64,000 bases of DNA from Candidatus Hydrogenedentota bacterium (GTDB taxonomy: Bacteria > Hydrogenedentota > Hydrogenedentia > Hydrogenedentales > SLHB01), in assembly GCA_045863295.1 (NCBI GenBank), contig BTWA01000005.1:1-64000 (forward strand). Direction: 5' to 3'. The notes under the pieces were generated by a model, which saw only the letters and a program-made list of their open reading frames with translations, was not told the origin of the DNA and did no database searches. This document shows positions 18,011-26,537 of this stretch, one piece after another. How positions within the stretch are numbered: the first letter of the stretch is position 1; each line of letters opens with the position of its first letter. A program made the position numbers and the translations under genes.

Positions 18011-19642
18011 ATGTCGGTAGAGCGGTATATCCAACGCGAGCGTTCGCTTTTAGGAGGGGCCTTGACCGGCCGGTATGCCCGGGCATTGGTCCTGTTCCTT
18101 ATCGGATGCCTGATTTGTTGGATTGTGGGCATCGAAGGCATCTACCGGCATCCGACCCCTTTCTATGCGATGTTTCACCCGGTGTTCGATTCCCTGCTCA
18201 TGCCGAGTTTGATATTGCTGGTGATGGCCGGGGGCTATGTTCTGACACGATTCCTGGTGTTTCCGTATAGTCCGCGATCGTCTCGGCGCGCGGCGGCGGC
18301 CTTTGCTTCGTGGATGGTTGCCCTGTTGGCTGTTGGAGTTTTGGTGGCGCGCGCGGCGTTGGCGCGCAGTGCGAATCCCTTCACCGTGTTGCTGTCGGAA
18401 TGGTCCGGGCTGCGCTGGCACTTGCTCGCCTTGTGCGTGTTCGCGGGTTTTTTCGCGCTTTGGTGGTGGCTGGTGTTGCGGGCGCGATGGTTTGCAGAGC
18501 CATTGAGCATCCGGCAGCGGCGGTGGTTCTTATTTGGCGTATTCGCCTTTCTCTTTTGTTTCTCCGGATCGATAGCCATGCTTCGAGGGGGGCCTCAGGG
18601 CATTGCTCAGGCATACGAACGCGAGACTCTGGAATACGTTGGCGACATTGGCAAGGGGCTTTCGATCCGGGGATTATTTCGCGACTATGCCAAGATGCAC
18701 GACATGTTGAGCATACATGCGAAAGTGCATCCGCCGGGGCCGATAGCGGTTCTTTGGCTAGGCTCCTATGTCGTAGGCCGCACGGCGTTGAGTTTGTCGT
18801 TGTTTACGATGGTGCTTGGCGCGCTTGCCGTGTATCCGCTGTTCCTTTGGGTGCGGGACATGGTTCACGAGCGAGCCGCCTGTACGGCGTGTCTGTTGTA
18901 CGCGCTGACGCCATCGATCGTGTTGTTTAACGCCGCTAGCGCGGACATATTCTTTTTGCCGTTTATTCTGTTTACGCTCTACTTTTTTTGGCGCGCCATG
19001 CACCGCCCCTCCTGGCGTTACGCGGCTGCCGCGGGCATAGGATACGCTTTGATGTCGCTCATGTCGTATGGGCTGCTGTCGATTGGCGCATTCTTCGGAT
19101 TTGTGGGTCTGTGGCGATTGACGCAAGGTCAGTGGAAGTCCGTATTCCAGACGGCCGCCGTCATGTTGTTGGCGTTTCTCGGCGTGCACGGCGCGGTGTG
19201 GTTGTGGTCTGGATTTAATGCGGTGGAAGTGTTTTTTTTGTGCAAGCAGCAATTCGATCAGGATCAGTTTGATCTGGATATGGGATCACCGCGCTATGCG
19301 GCCTGGGTGTTTCGCGTGTTGAATCCGTTGGCCTGGGTCTACTTTGCGGGAATTCCGGTCACGGTGCTGCTTGTTTGGCGATGGTTGAAACCGGAATCCG
19401 GCACAAAGGCCTTGTTCGTAGTTTTTGGTCTGACGCTGGTTGTACTCGACATCACCTATCTCGCCCGAGGCGAGGGCGAACGTTCGGCCATGTACGTTCT
19501 GCCTTTCATGATTGTGCCGGCGGCGCACCTGCTGGATCAGATGGGGTATGTGGCCCGGTCCTACAAGCCCTTAATCGCGACCATGGTGTTTCTGGCCTTT
19601 CAGTGTTGGCTGACCGAGTCTATGATGTATACCTATTGGTGA
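18011..19642 (+). CDS. GT-C fold polytopic membrane glycosyltransferase (ArnT/PMT-like)
   Basis: Many TMs, HPPGP motif, GEGERS motif; next to a GT2 gene. Confidence 0.75.
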   Translation: MSVERYIQRERSLLGGALTGRYARALVLFLIGCLICWIVGIEGIYRHPTPFYAMFHPVFDSLLMPSLILLVMAGGYVLTRFLVFPYSPRSSRRAAAAFASWMVALLAVGVLVARAALARSANPFTVLLSEWSGLRWHLLALCVFAGFFALWWWLVLRARWFAEPLSIRQRRWFLFGVFAFLFCFSGSIAMLRGGPQGIAQAYERETLEYVGDIGKGLSIRGLFRDYAKMHDMLSIHAKVHPPGPIAVLWLGSYVVGRTALSLSLFTMVLGALAVYPLFLWVRDMVHERAACTACLLYALTPSIVLFNAASADIFFLPFILFTLYFFWRAMHRPSWRYAAAAGIGYALMSLMSYGLLSIGAFFGFVGLWRLTQGQWKSVFQTAAVMLLAFLGVHGAVWLWSGFNAVEVFFLCKQQFDQDQFDLDMGSPRYAAWVFRVLNPLAWVYFAGIPVTVLLVWRWLKPESGTKALFVVFGLTLVVLDITYLARGEGERSAMYVLPFMIVPAAHLLDQMGYVARSYKPLIATMVFLAFQCWLTESMMYTYW

Positions 19643-19675
19643 GAGTACTCGCGACGATGACAGCAAAGGTGTTGC

Positions 19676-20425
19676 ATGTGGCGTGACAAGACAGTGTCCG
19701 TGATTTTTCCGACCTACAACGAAAAAGACTCGATTCGACAGGCGATCGAGGACTTCTTCGCGTCCGGCTACGTGGACGAAGTCGTGGTGGTAAACAACAA
19801 TGCGGCTGAAGGCACCGACGACGAAGTCAGGCAAACGCGGGCTCGCCTTGTGCACGAAGCGCGACAGGGCTACGGCCACGCGATATGGCGCGGGCTTCAC
19901 GAAGCCACCGGCGATTTGCTTATTCTCGCGGAACCGGACGGCACCTTCTATGGCCACGACGTGATCAAGCTGCTCGCCTATTCCGACGACGTGCCCGTGG
20001 TATTCGGCACGCGCACGCAGCGTGAATTCGTCTGGGAAGGTGCGAACATGGGCGTATTCTTGAAGTGGGGCAACTGGGCCGTAGGCAAGATGGTGGAGTT
20101 TTTGTTCAACACCACGCTGCTGACCGATGTCGGTTGCACCATGCGCCTGTTCCGGCGCGAAGCGTACGAAACCATAGCGCCGCAATTCTCCGTGGGCGGA
20201 TCGCCGTTTGGTCCGCAGCTTTTGCTGCTTACGATTTTGAACAAGATATCCTTTATTGAAATCCCGGTGAACTACGGCAAACGCGTCGGTGAATCATCGG
20301 TCACGGGGAACAAATTTCGCGCGTTCACGCTGGGCATGGAGATGATCTTCATGATTCTCCGCTACCGCATCCGATCCTGGTTCGGCTGGAAACCGCCAGT
20401 GGGGAAGAATCCCTACGCAAAGTGA
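19676..20425 (+). CDS. GT2 family polyprenol-phosphate glycosyltransferase (DPM1-like)
   Basis: IFPTYNE, GYGHA, EPDG (DxD-like), FGTR, EIPVNY..RVGES. Confidence 0.9.
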   Translation: MWRDKTVSVIFPTYNEKDSIRQAIEDFFASGYVDEVVVVNNNAAEGTDDEVRQTRARLVHEARQGYGHAIWRGLHEATGDLLILAEPDGTFYGHDVIKLLAYSDDVPVVFGTRTQREFVWEGANMGVFLKWGNWAVGKMVEFLFNTTLLTDVGCTMRLFRREAYETIAPQFSVGGSPFGPQLLLLTILNKISFIEIPVNYGKRVGESSVTGNKFRAFTLGMEMIFMILRYRIRSWFGWKPPVGKNPYAK

Positions 20426-20438
20426 GGTAAAGCAGAAT

Positions 20439-20520
20439 TTACCACGGAGGGCGCAGAGGGCACAGAGAAGAGCAAAGGCAGGCGCGCAAAGACTCCGTCG
20501 TCTCTGTGTCTCTGTGGTGA
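20439..20520. repeat. Inverted pair of CAGAG-iteron repeats (hairpin) downstream of GxxExxY
   Basis: TTACCACGGAGGGCGCAGAGGGCACAGAG (20439-20467) and CTCCGTCGTCTCTGTGTCTCTGTGGTGA (20493-20520). Confidence 0.75.
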
Positions 20521-20521
20521 T

Positions 20522-20911
20522 CTAAGTTCCCTGCACCATGCGTTTTATGCCGTCCTTGAGAACGGTCACATTAAAATTGATGAGAAGCCCGTGGCTCTTT
20601 CCCGCGAGTTTCAGATAGGTCAGTAATTGGGCTTGGTGAATGGGCTCGATTTTGCCGACCGATTTCAGTTCAACGATGACTTGATTGTCCACCAGCAAAT
20701 CGATGCGAAACCCCGCGTCCAGTTCCCGTCCCTTGTAACACACGGGCAGCATTACTTGTCTTGCCACATGGAATCCGCGGTCCGCTAGTTCTGTCGCAAG
20801 GCACTCTTCATAGGCCGATTCAAGTAGTCCCGGACCAAGTTCGCGGTGGACTTCGATTGCAGCGCCGATGATGGCGCCGGTAAGGTCATTGATGTCGCTT
20901 TGATTAGACAT
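20522..20911 (-). CDS. GxxExxY protein (PD-(D/E)XK nuclease-like)
   Basis: [36 protein letters not shown]. Confidence 0.95.
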   Translation of the reverse strand: MSNQSDINDLTGAIIGAAIEVHRELGPGLLESAYEECLATELADRGFHVARQVMLPVCYKGRELDAGFRIDLLVDNQVIVELKSVGKIEPIHQAQLLTYLKLAGKSHGLLINFNVTVLKDGIKRMVQGT

Positions 20912-20919
20912 AGTATTCC

Positions 20920-20947
20920 TCACCACAGAGACGCAGAGGACGCAGAG
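20920..20947. repeat. CAGAG-iteron repeat upstream of GxxExxY
   Basis: TCACCACAGAGACGCAGAGGACGCAGAG; 18/19 reverse complement of 20502-20520. Confidence 0.8.
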
Positions 20948-21063
20948 ATTCTAGATATGAATTCAGCTTCTCGGATTCTCAGCGGCCATTCCCTATTATG
21001 CCGGAATGGTATTTACACCGCCTACCTATTTGGCACGGCGTGTTGCGCTGGGGCGCGGCGCGG

Positions 21064-21107
21064 ACGACTGAGTACAGTCTCAGAAGTGAGGACACCGGCC
21101 ACAACAT
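21064..21107 (+). repeat. 44-bp direct repeat copy 1 (REP-like, with palindrome CTGAG-N6-CTCAG)
   Basis: 40/44 identical to 21786-21829. Confidence 0.85.
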
Positions 21108-21113
21108 GGCAGG

Positions 21114-21332
21114 TCAGGAAGCCTTTGGAGGGGCGGACGTTTCGAAGACGAATCTGCTGGGATCAAAGTGGGTGGTACGGCGTGACAGGTTCAGGATCTC
21201 CACGCTCACAACTTCATTGCTTCCGTTGTAGTCCAGCACCAGCCCCGGCGAGACTTCTTCCGATTCGACAATACTCGAATCGTCCAAGCGCAAATACAAC
21301 GCGTCGGCGTCTTGATCGAAGTGCAGCTTCAT
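21114..21332 (-). CDS. DUF2283 protein (putative antitoxin)
   Basis: MKLHFDQDADALYLRL...ESEEVSPGLVLDY..VEIL. Confidence 0.9.
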   Translation of the reverse strand: MKLHFDQDADALYLRLDDSSIVESEEVSPGLVLDYNGSNEVVSVEILNLSRRTTHFDPSRFVFETSAPPKAS

Positions 21333-21595
21333 AATCTGCCTCTCATTCGTCGATCAAAGAATACGCTTACCACTCGAATTGGGTCAACACTAGTATAGAC
21401 TACAACGCGCAGCACACGACCTTCTTGATCCGGGATTTGCCGGTACTATCGCTTCAAATTCGCGTCTGAGGGGTCAGTTTCCTGTCGTTCGGGGTGCGAT
21501 AGGGTCATCTCGACCCAAGCCATGGCAATTCCACGTTCTTCAATGACCCTGCTGGCGTGCGTGGTCAGGATGTGCCCAGTTGGCTCGCGTTTCAT
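21329..21595 (-). pseudogene. DUF4258 (RelE-like putative toxin) interrupted by in-frame TAG at 21446-21448
   Basis: LTTHASRVIEERGI...ANLKR*YRQIPDQEGRVLRVVVYTSVDPIRVVSVFFDRRMRGRL; final TGA overlaps the DUF2283 ATG. Confidence 0.82.
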
Positions 21596-21684
21596 GGTGC
21601 CACCACTCTGCCCGTTTGGGATGCCTCGCCGCAATCAAAAGCATTCCAACCGCAGATTGCGCCGATGCGGACCGGAGCAACCCC

Positions 21685-21709
21685 GTGGCTCGGGCATCCC
21701 TGCCCGAGT
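21685..21709 (+). repeat. GTGG-type REP-like hairpin
   Basis: GTGG-CTCGGGCA-TCCC-TGCCCGAG. Confidence 0.6.
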
Positions 21710-21785
21710 TTGATTGCGCTAGCAGGCACGCGGCGGCGCTAAAAGAGGAGACCATGCGGGTACGCACGGCCTCGGCGTGGCGGTA

Positions 21786-21829
21786 ACGACTGAGTACAGT
21801 CTCAGAGGTCAGGAGACCGGTCACAACAT
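21786..21829 (+). repeat. 44-bp direct repeat copy 2
   Basis: ACGACTGAGTACAGTCTCAGAGGTCAGGAGACCGGTCACAACAT. Confidence 0.85.
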
Positions 21830-21847
21830 AGGGGAAATGCGATCGGC

Positions 21848-21874
21848 CACGAATGAACACGAATTCGCACGAAT
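21848..21874 (+). repeat. Triple 10-bp-period iteron CACGAAT
   Basis: CACGAATgaa CACGAATtcg CACGAAT. Confidence 0.7.
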
Positions 21875-21908
21875 GGCAGCGGGGAGAGGACGAATCGGCA
21901 TGTTCGGC

Positions 21909-21938
21909 GGCGTGGCGCGGTGAGTAGACCGGACACAA
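21909..21938 (+). repeat. Third, shorter copy of the REP-like repeat lacking the palindromic insert
   Basis: GGCGTGGCGCGGTGAGTAGACCGGACACAA(C) aligns to the flanks of copies 1 and 2. Confidence 0.6.
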
Positions 21939-21969
21939 CAAAAATAGGCTGGACCCAAATCTTTGAGCG

Positions 21970-23946
21970 CTAAATGACCTGTAAGCCAATCGACTTCAGA
22001 TACTCATAAGTTGCATTGTAGTGTGAAGGGCAGCGAGTCGGGTCCGAAGGATCGCCCTTCGGTACAACGATTATCATGCCCTGTCTTGCACGTGTTAGAA
22101 GCACCCTATATGCATTCTTGAGGTAGGTTTGCCTCTCTTGGCTTCGAATATTCTGCCACTTACTACCTCGGAAAGAATAGTGTTGCCAGCCATGAGCCGA
22201 AAACCGAAAGTCGCCATCCCAGGTAACGCAAGTCCAGTCTAACTCAAGTCCCTGCACATGAAACTCTGTGGCTGCATCTTCAAGATAGTAAGACGATTTC
22301 ACATCACTTCTGTCATCAAGAAACCATTTGACTGGATTCAGTGGTGAGCGGACGTCTATGGCAAGTGGCTTAAGTCGCTCCGCTTGTGATGAGACGACAA
22401 TACCATATCGTTCCGATCCGCTCGCTTTGTTTCGTAACCATTCTTTGGCCACATCCAATTCGCGAGTAATCGCAATTGGATATTTGTTCTGAATCGCGCG
22501 CGTCAAGTTTACGGCAGCCTGCTTCTTGCAGTTCAATATCTCCTTCACGAGAGAAGAAACGTGCTCTGCACGAAATGAGCGCATTGATACACCGAGATGC
22601 AATTCGGGTTCATACTGAACTTTGCCCAACTTTTCAACCGTTCTAAGTTTATCGGTCGCACTATACTCGCTATCGACCAAATTGGGCGAGATATGAACAT
22701 TCCAATGAGGAAACCGCCTTTCGAGTGCGTCTAGCCACTCCCCAATACCCGCTTCCCCCGTGTTGATTTCCTGTCCACCCCCCACAAGACAAACGACTAC
22801 TGCCCAATCTGCTCTCCTGTCCATACAAGAGATCAGGAAATCAGGTTCCGACTCGTCAAAGTTGCGAATGCCCTTCTTTCGTCGCATAAAGGCAGATGTC
22901 TGCTTCTTATCCCACGCTCTTTGCGCCTCATCAAACAGCGCCACGTGGTCAACAGGTGGGCGTAGTCTATCGCGGAGACACTCATCTCTGAAGTGGTGTA
23001 CATTTTGTACGAACGACTGTACTCTCGATTGCGCTTCTTTCTTTCTAATTCTGCGGCCATTTAGAGCCTCGCGCCGCACTAAGTCACGCGCGAGAGCTTC
23101 TCGAAGAATCGCCACTAAAGGGCCATTACCGGAGAGGAAGACGCTATGCAACTCACTATCTGGGTCATTGTACTTTGTTGCAATATTGAGTCCTACAAGT
23201 GTTTTCCCTGCACCAGGCACGCCAGTGACGAAGCAAATTGCTTTTTGATGGCGCGTTCTGGTTGTCTCTATTATCTGAATAATGCGCTCGGTCGTGCCCT
23301 GTAGATTGATTGCGCTAGCGTCGCAACGTGCGATCTCCGAGACTTCGTGGCCCGCATAAAGCGCGCGGGCTGCCTCTATTATTGTGGGTGTCGGGGTGTA
23401 TCGAGAGCCTTCCCATTTCGCGGCATCAAAAGGTGTGGGACGTGATTGGCATATTGCTAGCTTCAGCGTGGCTTCAAGATTTGTAGCATTTGCGCATACT
23501 GGCTTGTATAAGCCCGGCTCTGTGTGGTGTTCTCCAAGTTCAATTTCGGTATCGGCTGCATGTGTTGCCACTAGAACGGGTATGACCGATAGCCTGTGAC
23601 TTGCCTCGTGAAAGTATTTCAGGTCAAGTGCATAGTCGTACGTTTGGTCAAGGTCACAACGTAGATATTTATTCTGGCCTACTTTGAATTCTATTACGAG
23701 TAGTCTGCCTTGCGACAGCACTACGGCGTCTATTCGCTTACCCATGCGAGGGATTTCAAATTCAAGAAATACTCTTCCTTGAAGTGTGGCGAGAGCGTCT
23801 CTAAGTAACTGTAGTTGCACAAGCCAGGAATCACGTTGCGATTGGAGCAGCGAAAATGAATTGTTTTTCACAAGTTCCGCTAAAACTGTTTCATTGTCGG
23901 AATGCAGGAATTGGTCAATTGGCGCCGCGTACCATGATCTACGCAC
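21970..23946 (-). CDS. DUF2075 (Schlafen group 3-like) ATPase/helicase with N-terminal PD-(D/E)XK-like nuclease domain
   Basis: RIDAVV..VIEFK, Walker A GVPGAGKT, DEAQR, QGLELD, VLLTRAR; visibly lower GC than flanks. Confidence 0.9.
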   Translation of the reverse strand: MRRSWYAAPIDQFLHSDNETVLAELVKNNSFSLLQSQRDSWLVQLQLLRDALATLQGRVFLEFEIPRMGKRIDAVVLSQGRLLVIEFKVGQNKYLRCDLDQTYDYALDLKYFHEASHRLSVIPVLVATHAADTEIELGEHHTEPGLYKPVCANATNLEATLKLAICQSRPTPFDAAKWEGSRYTPTPTIIEAARALYAGHEVSEIARCDASAINLQGTTERIIQIIETTRTRHQKAICFVTGVPGAGKTLVGLNIATKYNDPDSELHSVFLSGNGPLVAILREALARDLVRREALNGRRIRKKEAQSRVQSFVQNVHHFRDECLRDRLRPPVDHVALFDEAQRAWDKKQTSAFMRRKKGIRNFDESEPDFLISCMDRRADWAVVVCLVGGGQEINTGEAGIGEWLDALERRFPHWNVHISPNLVDSEYSATDKLRTVEKLGKVQYEPELHLGVSMRSFRAEHVSSLVKEILNCKKQAAVNLTRAIQNKYPIAITRELDVAKEWLRNKASGSERYGIVVSSQAERLKPLAIDVRSPLNPVKWFLDDRSDVKSSYYLEDAATEFHVQGLELDWTCVTWDGDFRFSAHGWQHYSFRGSKWQNIRSQERQTYLKNAYRVLLTRARQGMIIVVPKGDPSDPTRCPSHYNATYEYLKSIGLQVI

Positions 23947-24088
23947 TTGTGCTGAACTCCGTGCTCAGTTGCCGGTTGATGTTCGGCCTACCACGTTCGC
24001 TAGCCAGGTTAGCAAGAGATGGTGGAAAACTAAACTATCCAGACGTCTACCCCCCTTCACGCATCCCAACATTCTACGCCTTGCAGGC

Positions 24089-24240
24089 TCAGCGGAACTC
24101 CGCGCCGGAGGCGCTGGAGGGGGTGTAGTAGCCGGGGGCGATGGGGTTGTTGAGGAGGGTTTCGGTACTGGTTAGGGCGGCGTCGACGGTGAAGTTGTAG
24201 GCTTCGGGGGTGCGCATGAGGAGGGTTTTGGGTTGGCCGC
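24089..24240 (-). pseudogene. Displaced 3' fragment of saccharopine dehydrogenase-like gene
   Basis: TLLMRTPEAYNFTVDAALTS..NPIAPGYYTPS aligns with the C-terminus of 26538-27593. Confidence 0.85.
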
Positions 24241-24244
24241 CGGG

Positions 24245-24390
24245 GCGGGCGGCGAACTCAACCCCAAATACCCCGGTGGCATTCCGGCGTTGACTCAATT
24301 GCTTGAATCCGAGGGGCACCTCGTGGTCCAACGCGGCAAGCGATTCTTTGTAGCGGACTACGAGATGCGTCTCGCCGACTTGGAGGGCCG
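24245..24390 (+). pseudogene. C-terminal fragment of an MGMT/ATL-like DNA-binding protein
   Basis: GGELNPKYPGG..LLESEGH..RGKRFFVADYE resembles MGMT-family C-termini; no 5' half or RBS. Confidence 0.55.
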
Positions 24391-24441
24391 AGCGGGGTCA
24401 TCAGCCATACTCCCGAGCCGTGATCCACTCGTACACTCCGA

Positions 24442-26292
24442 TCATCGTGGGGCGCGCGGCACGAGTTGGCCCGCCTGGAGTATGAAATAGTCTTCGCCTT
24501 TAAGTTGGTATCCGGGATACTTGCGGTACGTCCACTCAGAGCCATCCGGCACGCCACGCATCAGGTTAAATGTGCCCAATGCGTCGAAATCGGGATTCAA
24601 GGTTATCTGGGTGCGTGTGAAACTGGAGTCGATCACCGATGTTAGATTCAGATCGAGATTCTGCATCACAAGTTGATGGGTGAAGGCTTTGACCACCCAT
24701 TGTCCATCCACCATGACGAATTCGGACACATTGTAAACCTCGTCTTGGGTCATTTCGGCCCGCCTACGTATCTGCGATCGATCTTTTCGATCCAAGTGGC
24801 CTTCACGCCGCTGAATGGTGTAGCGGCCCACGTCGTAGTCATGTTCGGGGTCAAACCACACGACGAAAAATCCATACGGGGTATCCGCTTCGACCACGGC
24901 ATAGTCAATGCCATTGTACGTCGAGTAATACAACCGCGATTCATTGGCCTGACTCAGAATTTCGTCCATCCGGCGGCCTTCTTGAAGGGGGAATCCCATT
25001 GCTTTTGGACCGCCCAAATACATGCCCCAAACGCCGTAATACCGGCCGCTGGAAGGCGCCTGGCGAATCGTTTCGCCTATGGGAGCGCCCCTGCCAATGG
25101 ATCCTATGCCTGGCTTGCTTTGCGCGCCGTCATACTGGATATCCTGCTCACCATCGTAGGTTATGATGCGATGCGCGGGATCGCGCGGTTCAATATAATT
25201 GAAACGCGGCGGGCCGCCCCAGCGAACGGTGTGCATGTAGAACCGCCGCCCATCGTACGCGACTTCGCCTGTTTCGCCTCGTGAAAATGGCCCGTTCACG
25301 CGCGCCTCTGGCAGATTGGGTGGATATTGCCAGTTCTCTTGGGTCCCCGCTTCGTATCGAAACTGGATGCGCTCGATTCGCGACTGATGATCCGCGTAGG
25401 CTTTGAGTACTTCCCGCACACTGCCCAGCCGTTTTGATTCGGCTTCTGCATCGGTTGTGTTCCCACTCTGTCCTGGTGGCGATGCCTGCGGTTGTGGGGT
25501 GGCAGTCGCCTGAGCATATGCCGCGGAATCCGGGCCGGACTGCCGGTCTGTCTTGATTGCGAAACCGGCCGCTGTTGCCACTACGGCCACGGCCGCCATG
25601 GCCTTCACGGCTGACCCGCCGAGTAGTGTCCATCCGCCTGCCGCGGCCGTGCCACCCGAACCGGACAACGCCAGTTTTCCCAGACCCGCAATGACGCCCG
25701 CGGGTAGGGTGGCTGCCTGCGCAAGATTGGCAGCCATAGCCGTAGCCAAGGCGGCGGACCCAATTGTGACGCCGCGCCTGGCGAGCGCTTTCCGCGTCTC
25801 GTCAATGCCTTTGAGGATGCGGTTATTGACCGTTTTCACGGGCAGGCCGAACTGGTTCGCAATGGCGGTCTGGCTCTGGCCTTCGAGAAAGTGGGCGACC
25901 AGTGGCACGCGCAGCACCTCGGGCAGTTCGGCCAAGGCTTCGTCCACGTAGTCGTAGATGTCATCCCAGACCGGATCGTGGGCTGCCTGACTGGATTCCG
26001 CATAGCGCAGGTCGCGAGCGCGGGACCGATGCGCGCTTCGCCGCTTGTTCAGCGCGATGTTCGTGGCCACGCGGTGCAGCCACGGCCCCAGATAACGCGC
26101 GGGGCAGCGATCGACCGAGGCGAGTTTCTGAAAGCACTCCTGAGCCACATCCTCCGCGTCCGGCACGTTGCCTGCCACCCGGCGGCCGGTGGCAAACACC
26201 ATGGCCGCGTAGCGGGTTACGAGCATTCGAAAGGCTTCCGCATCGCGCTCCTTGACCCAGCGATTCAGTTGGATTGTATCGTCCATATGCAT
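24442..26292 (-). CDS. ECF sigma-70 factor with TM and long extracytoplasmic C-terminal extension
   Basis: DAEDVAQECF, WLHRVATN (region 2), LPEVLR..HFLEG HTH (region 4), Ala/Gly-rich TM linker. Confidence 0.9.
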   Translation of the reverse strand: MHMDDTIQLNRWVKERDAEAFRMLVTRYAAMVFATGRRVAGNVPDAEDVAQECFQKLASVDRCPARYLGPWLHRVATNIALNKRRSAHRSRARDLRYAESSQAAHDPVWDDIYDYVDEALAELPEVLRVPLVAHFLEGQSQTAIANQFGLPVKTVNNRILKGIDETRKALARRGVTIGSAALATAMAANLAQAATLPAGVIAGLGKLALSGSGGTAAAGGWTLLGGSAVKAMAAVAVVATAAGFAIKTDRQSGPDSAAYAQATATPQPQASPPGQSGNTTDAEAESKRLGSVREVLKAYADHQSRIERIQFRYEAGTQENWQYPPNLPEARVNGPFSRGETGEVAYDGRRFYMHTVRWGGPPRFNYIEPRDPAHRIITYDGEQDIQYDGAQSKPGIGSIGRGAPIGETIRQAPSSGRYYGVWGMYLGGPKAMGFPLQEGRRMDEILSQANESRLYYSTYNGIDYAVVEADTPYGFFVVWFDPEHDYDVGRYTIQRREGHLDRKDRSQIRRRAEMTQDEVYNVSEFVMVDGQWVVKAFTHQLVMQNLDLNLTSVIDSSFTRTQITLNPDFDALGTFNLMRGVPDGSEWTYRKYPGYQLKGEDYFILQAGQLVPRAPR

Positions 26293-26537
26293 GGTTCGCC
26301 GCCTCACTGTTTTGCACTGTATAGAAAAGACACCGCGCAAAACAGAATTGGCCATTGATCCGTGACGAATAGGGTCGGTTGAACACTTGCCCAGCCGGGA
26401 GCGCACGGTGACCGCCGGTTTGGTCTGTAGGACAAATTCCTATTCGGTTTGTCGCAAGAAATGTGTTTTTCACGAAGCGAACGGGGTGTTACGCCGGACC
26501 TCTCTGGTGTACGTGACTGGCACTGGATGTCCTTGAG

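Noticed and set aside
21031..21047. Sigma54 promoter TGGCACGGCGTGTTGC
   Set aside because: GG-to-GC spacing is 11 rather than 10 and no plus-strand gene follows
23950..24015. Integron attC site upstream of DUF2075 (GCCGAAC..GTTCAGC on minus strand)
   Set aside because: Only about 37 bp between the ends, no clear L boxes and no integrase; needs a covariance-model search
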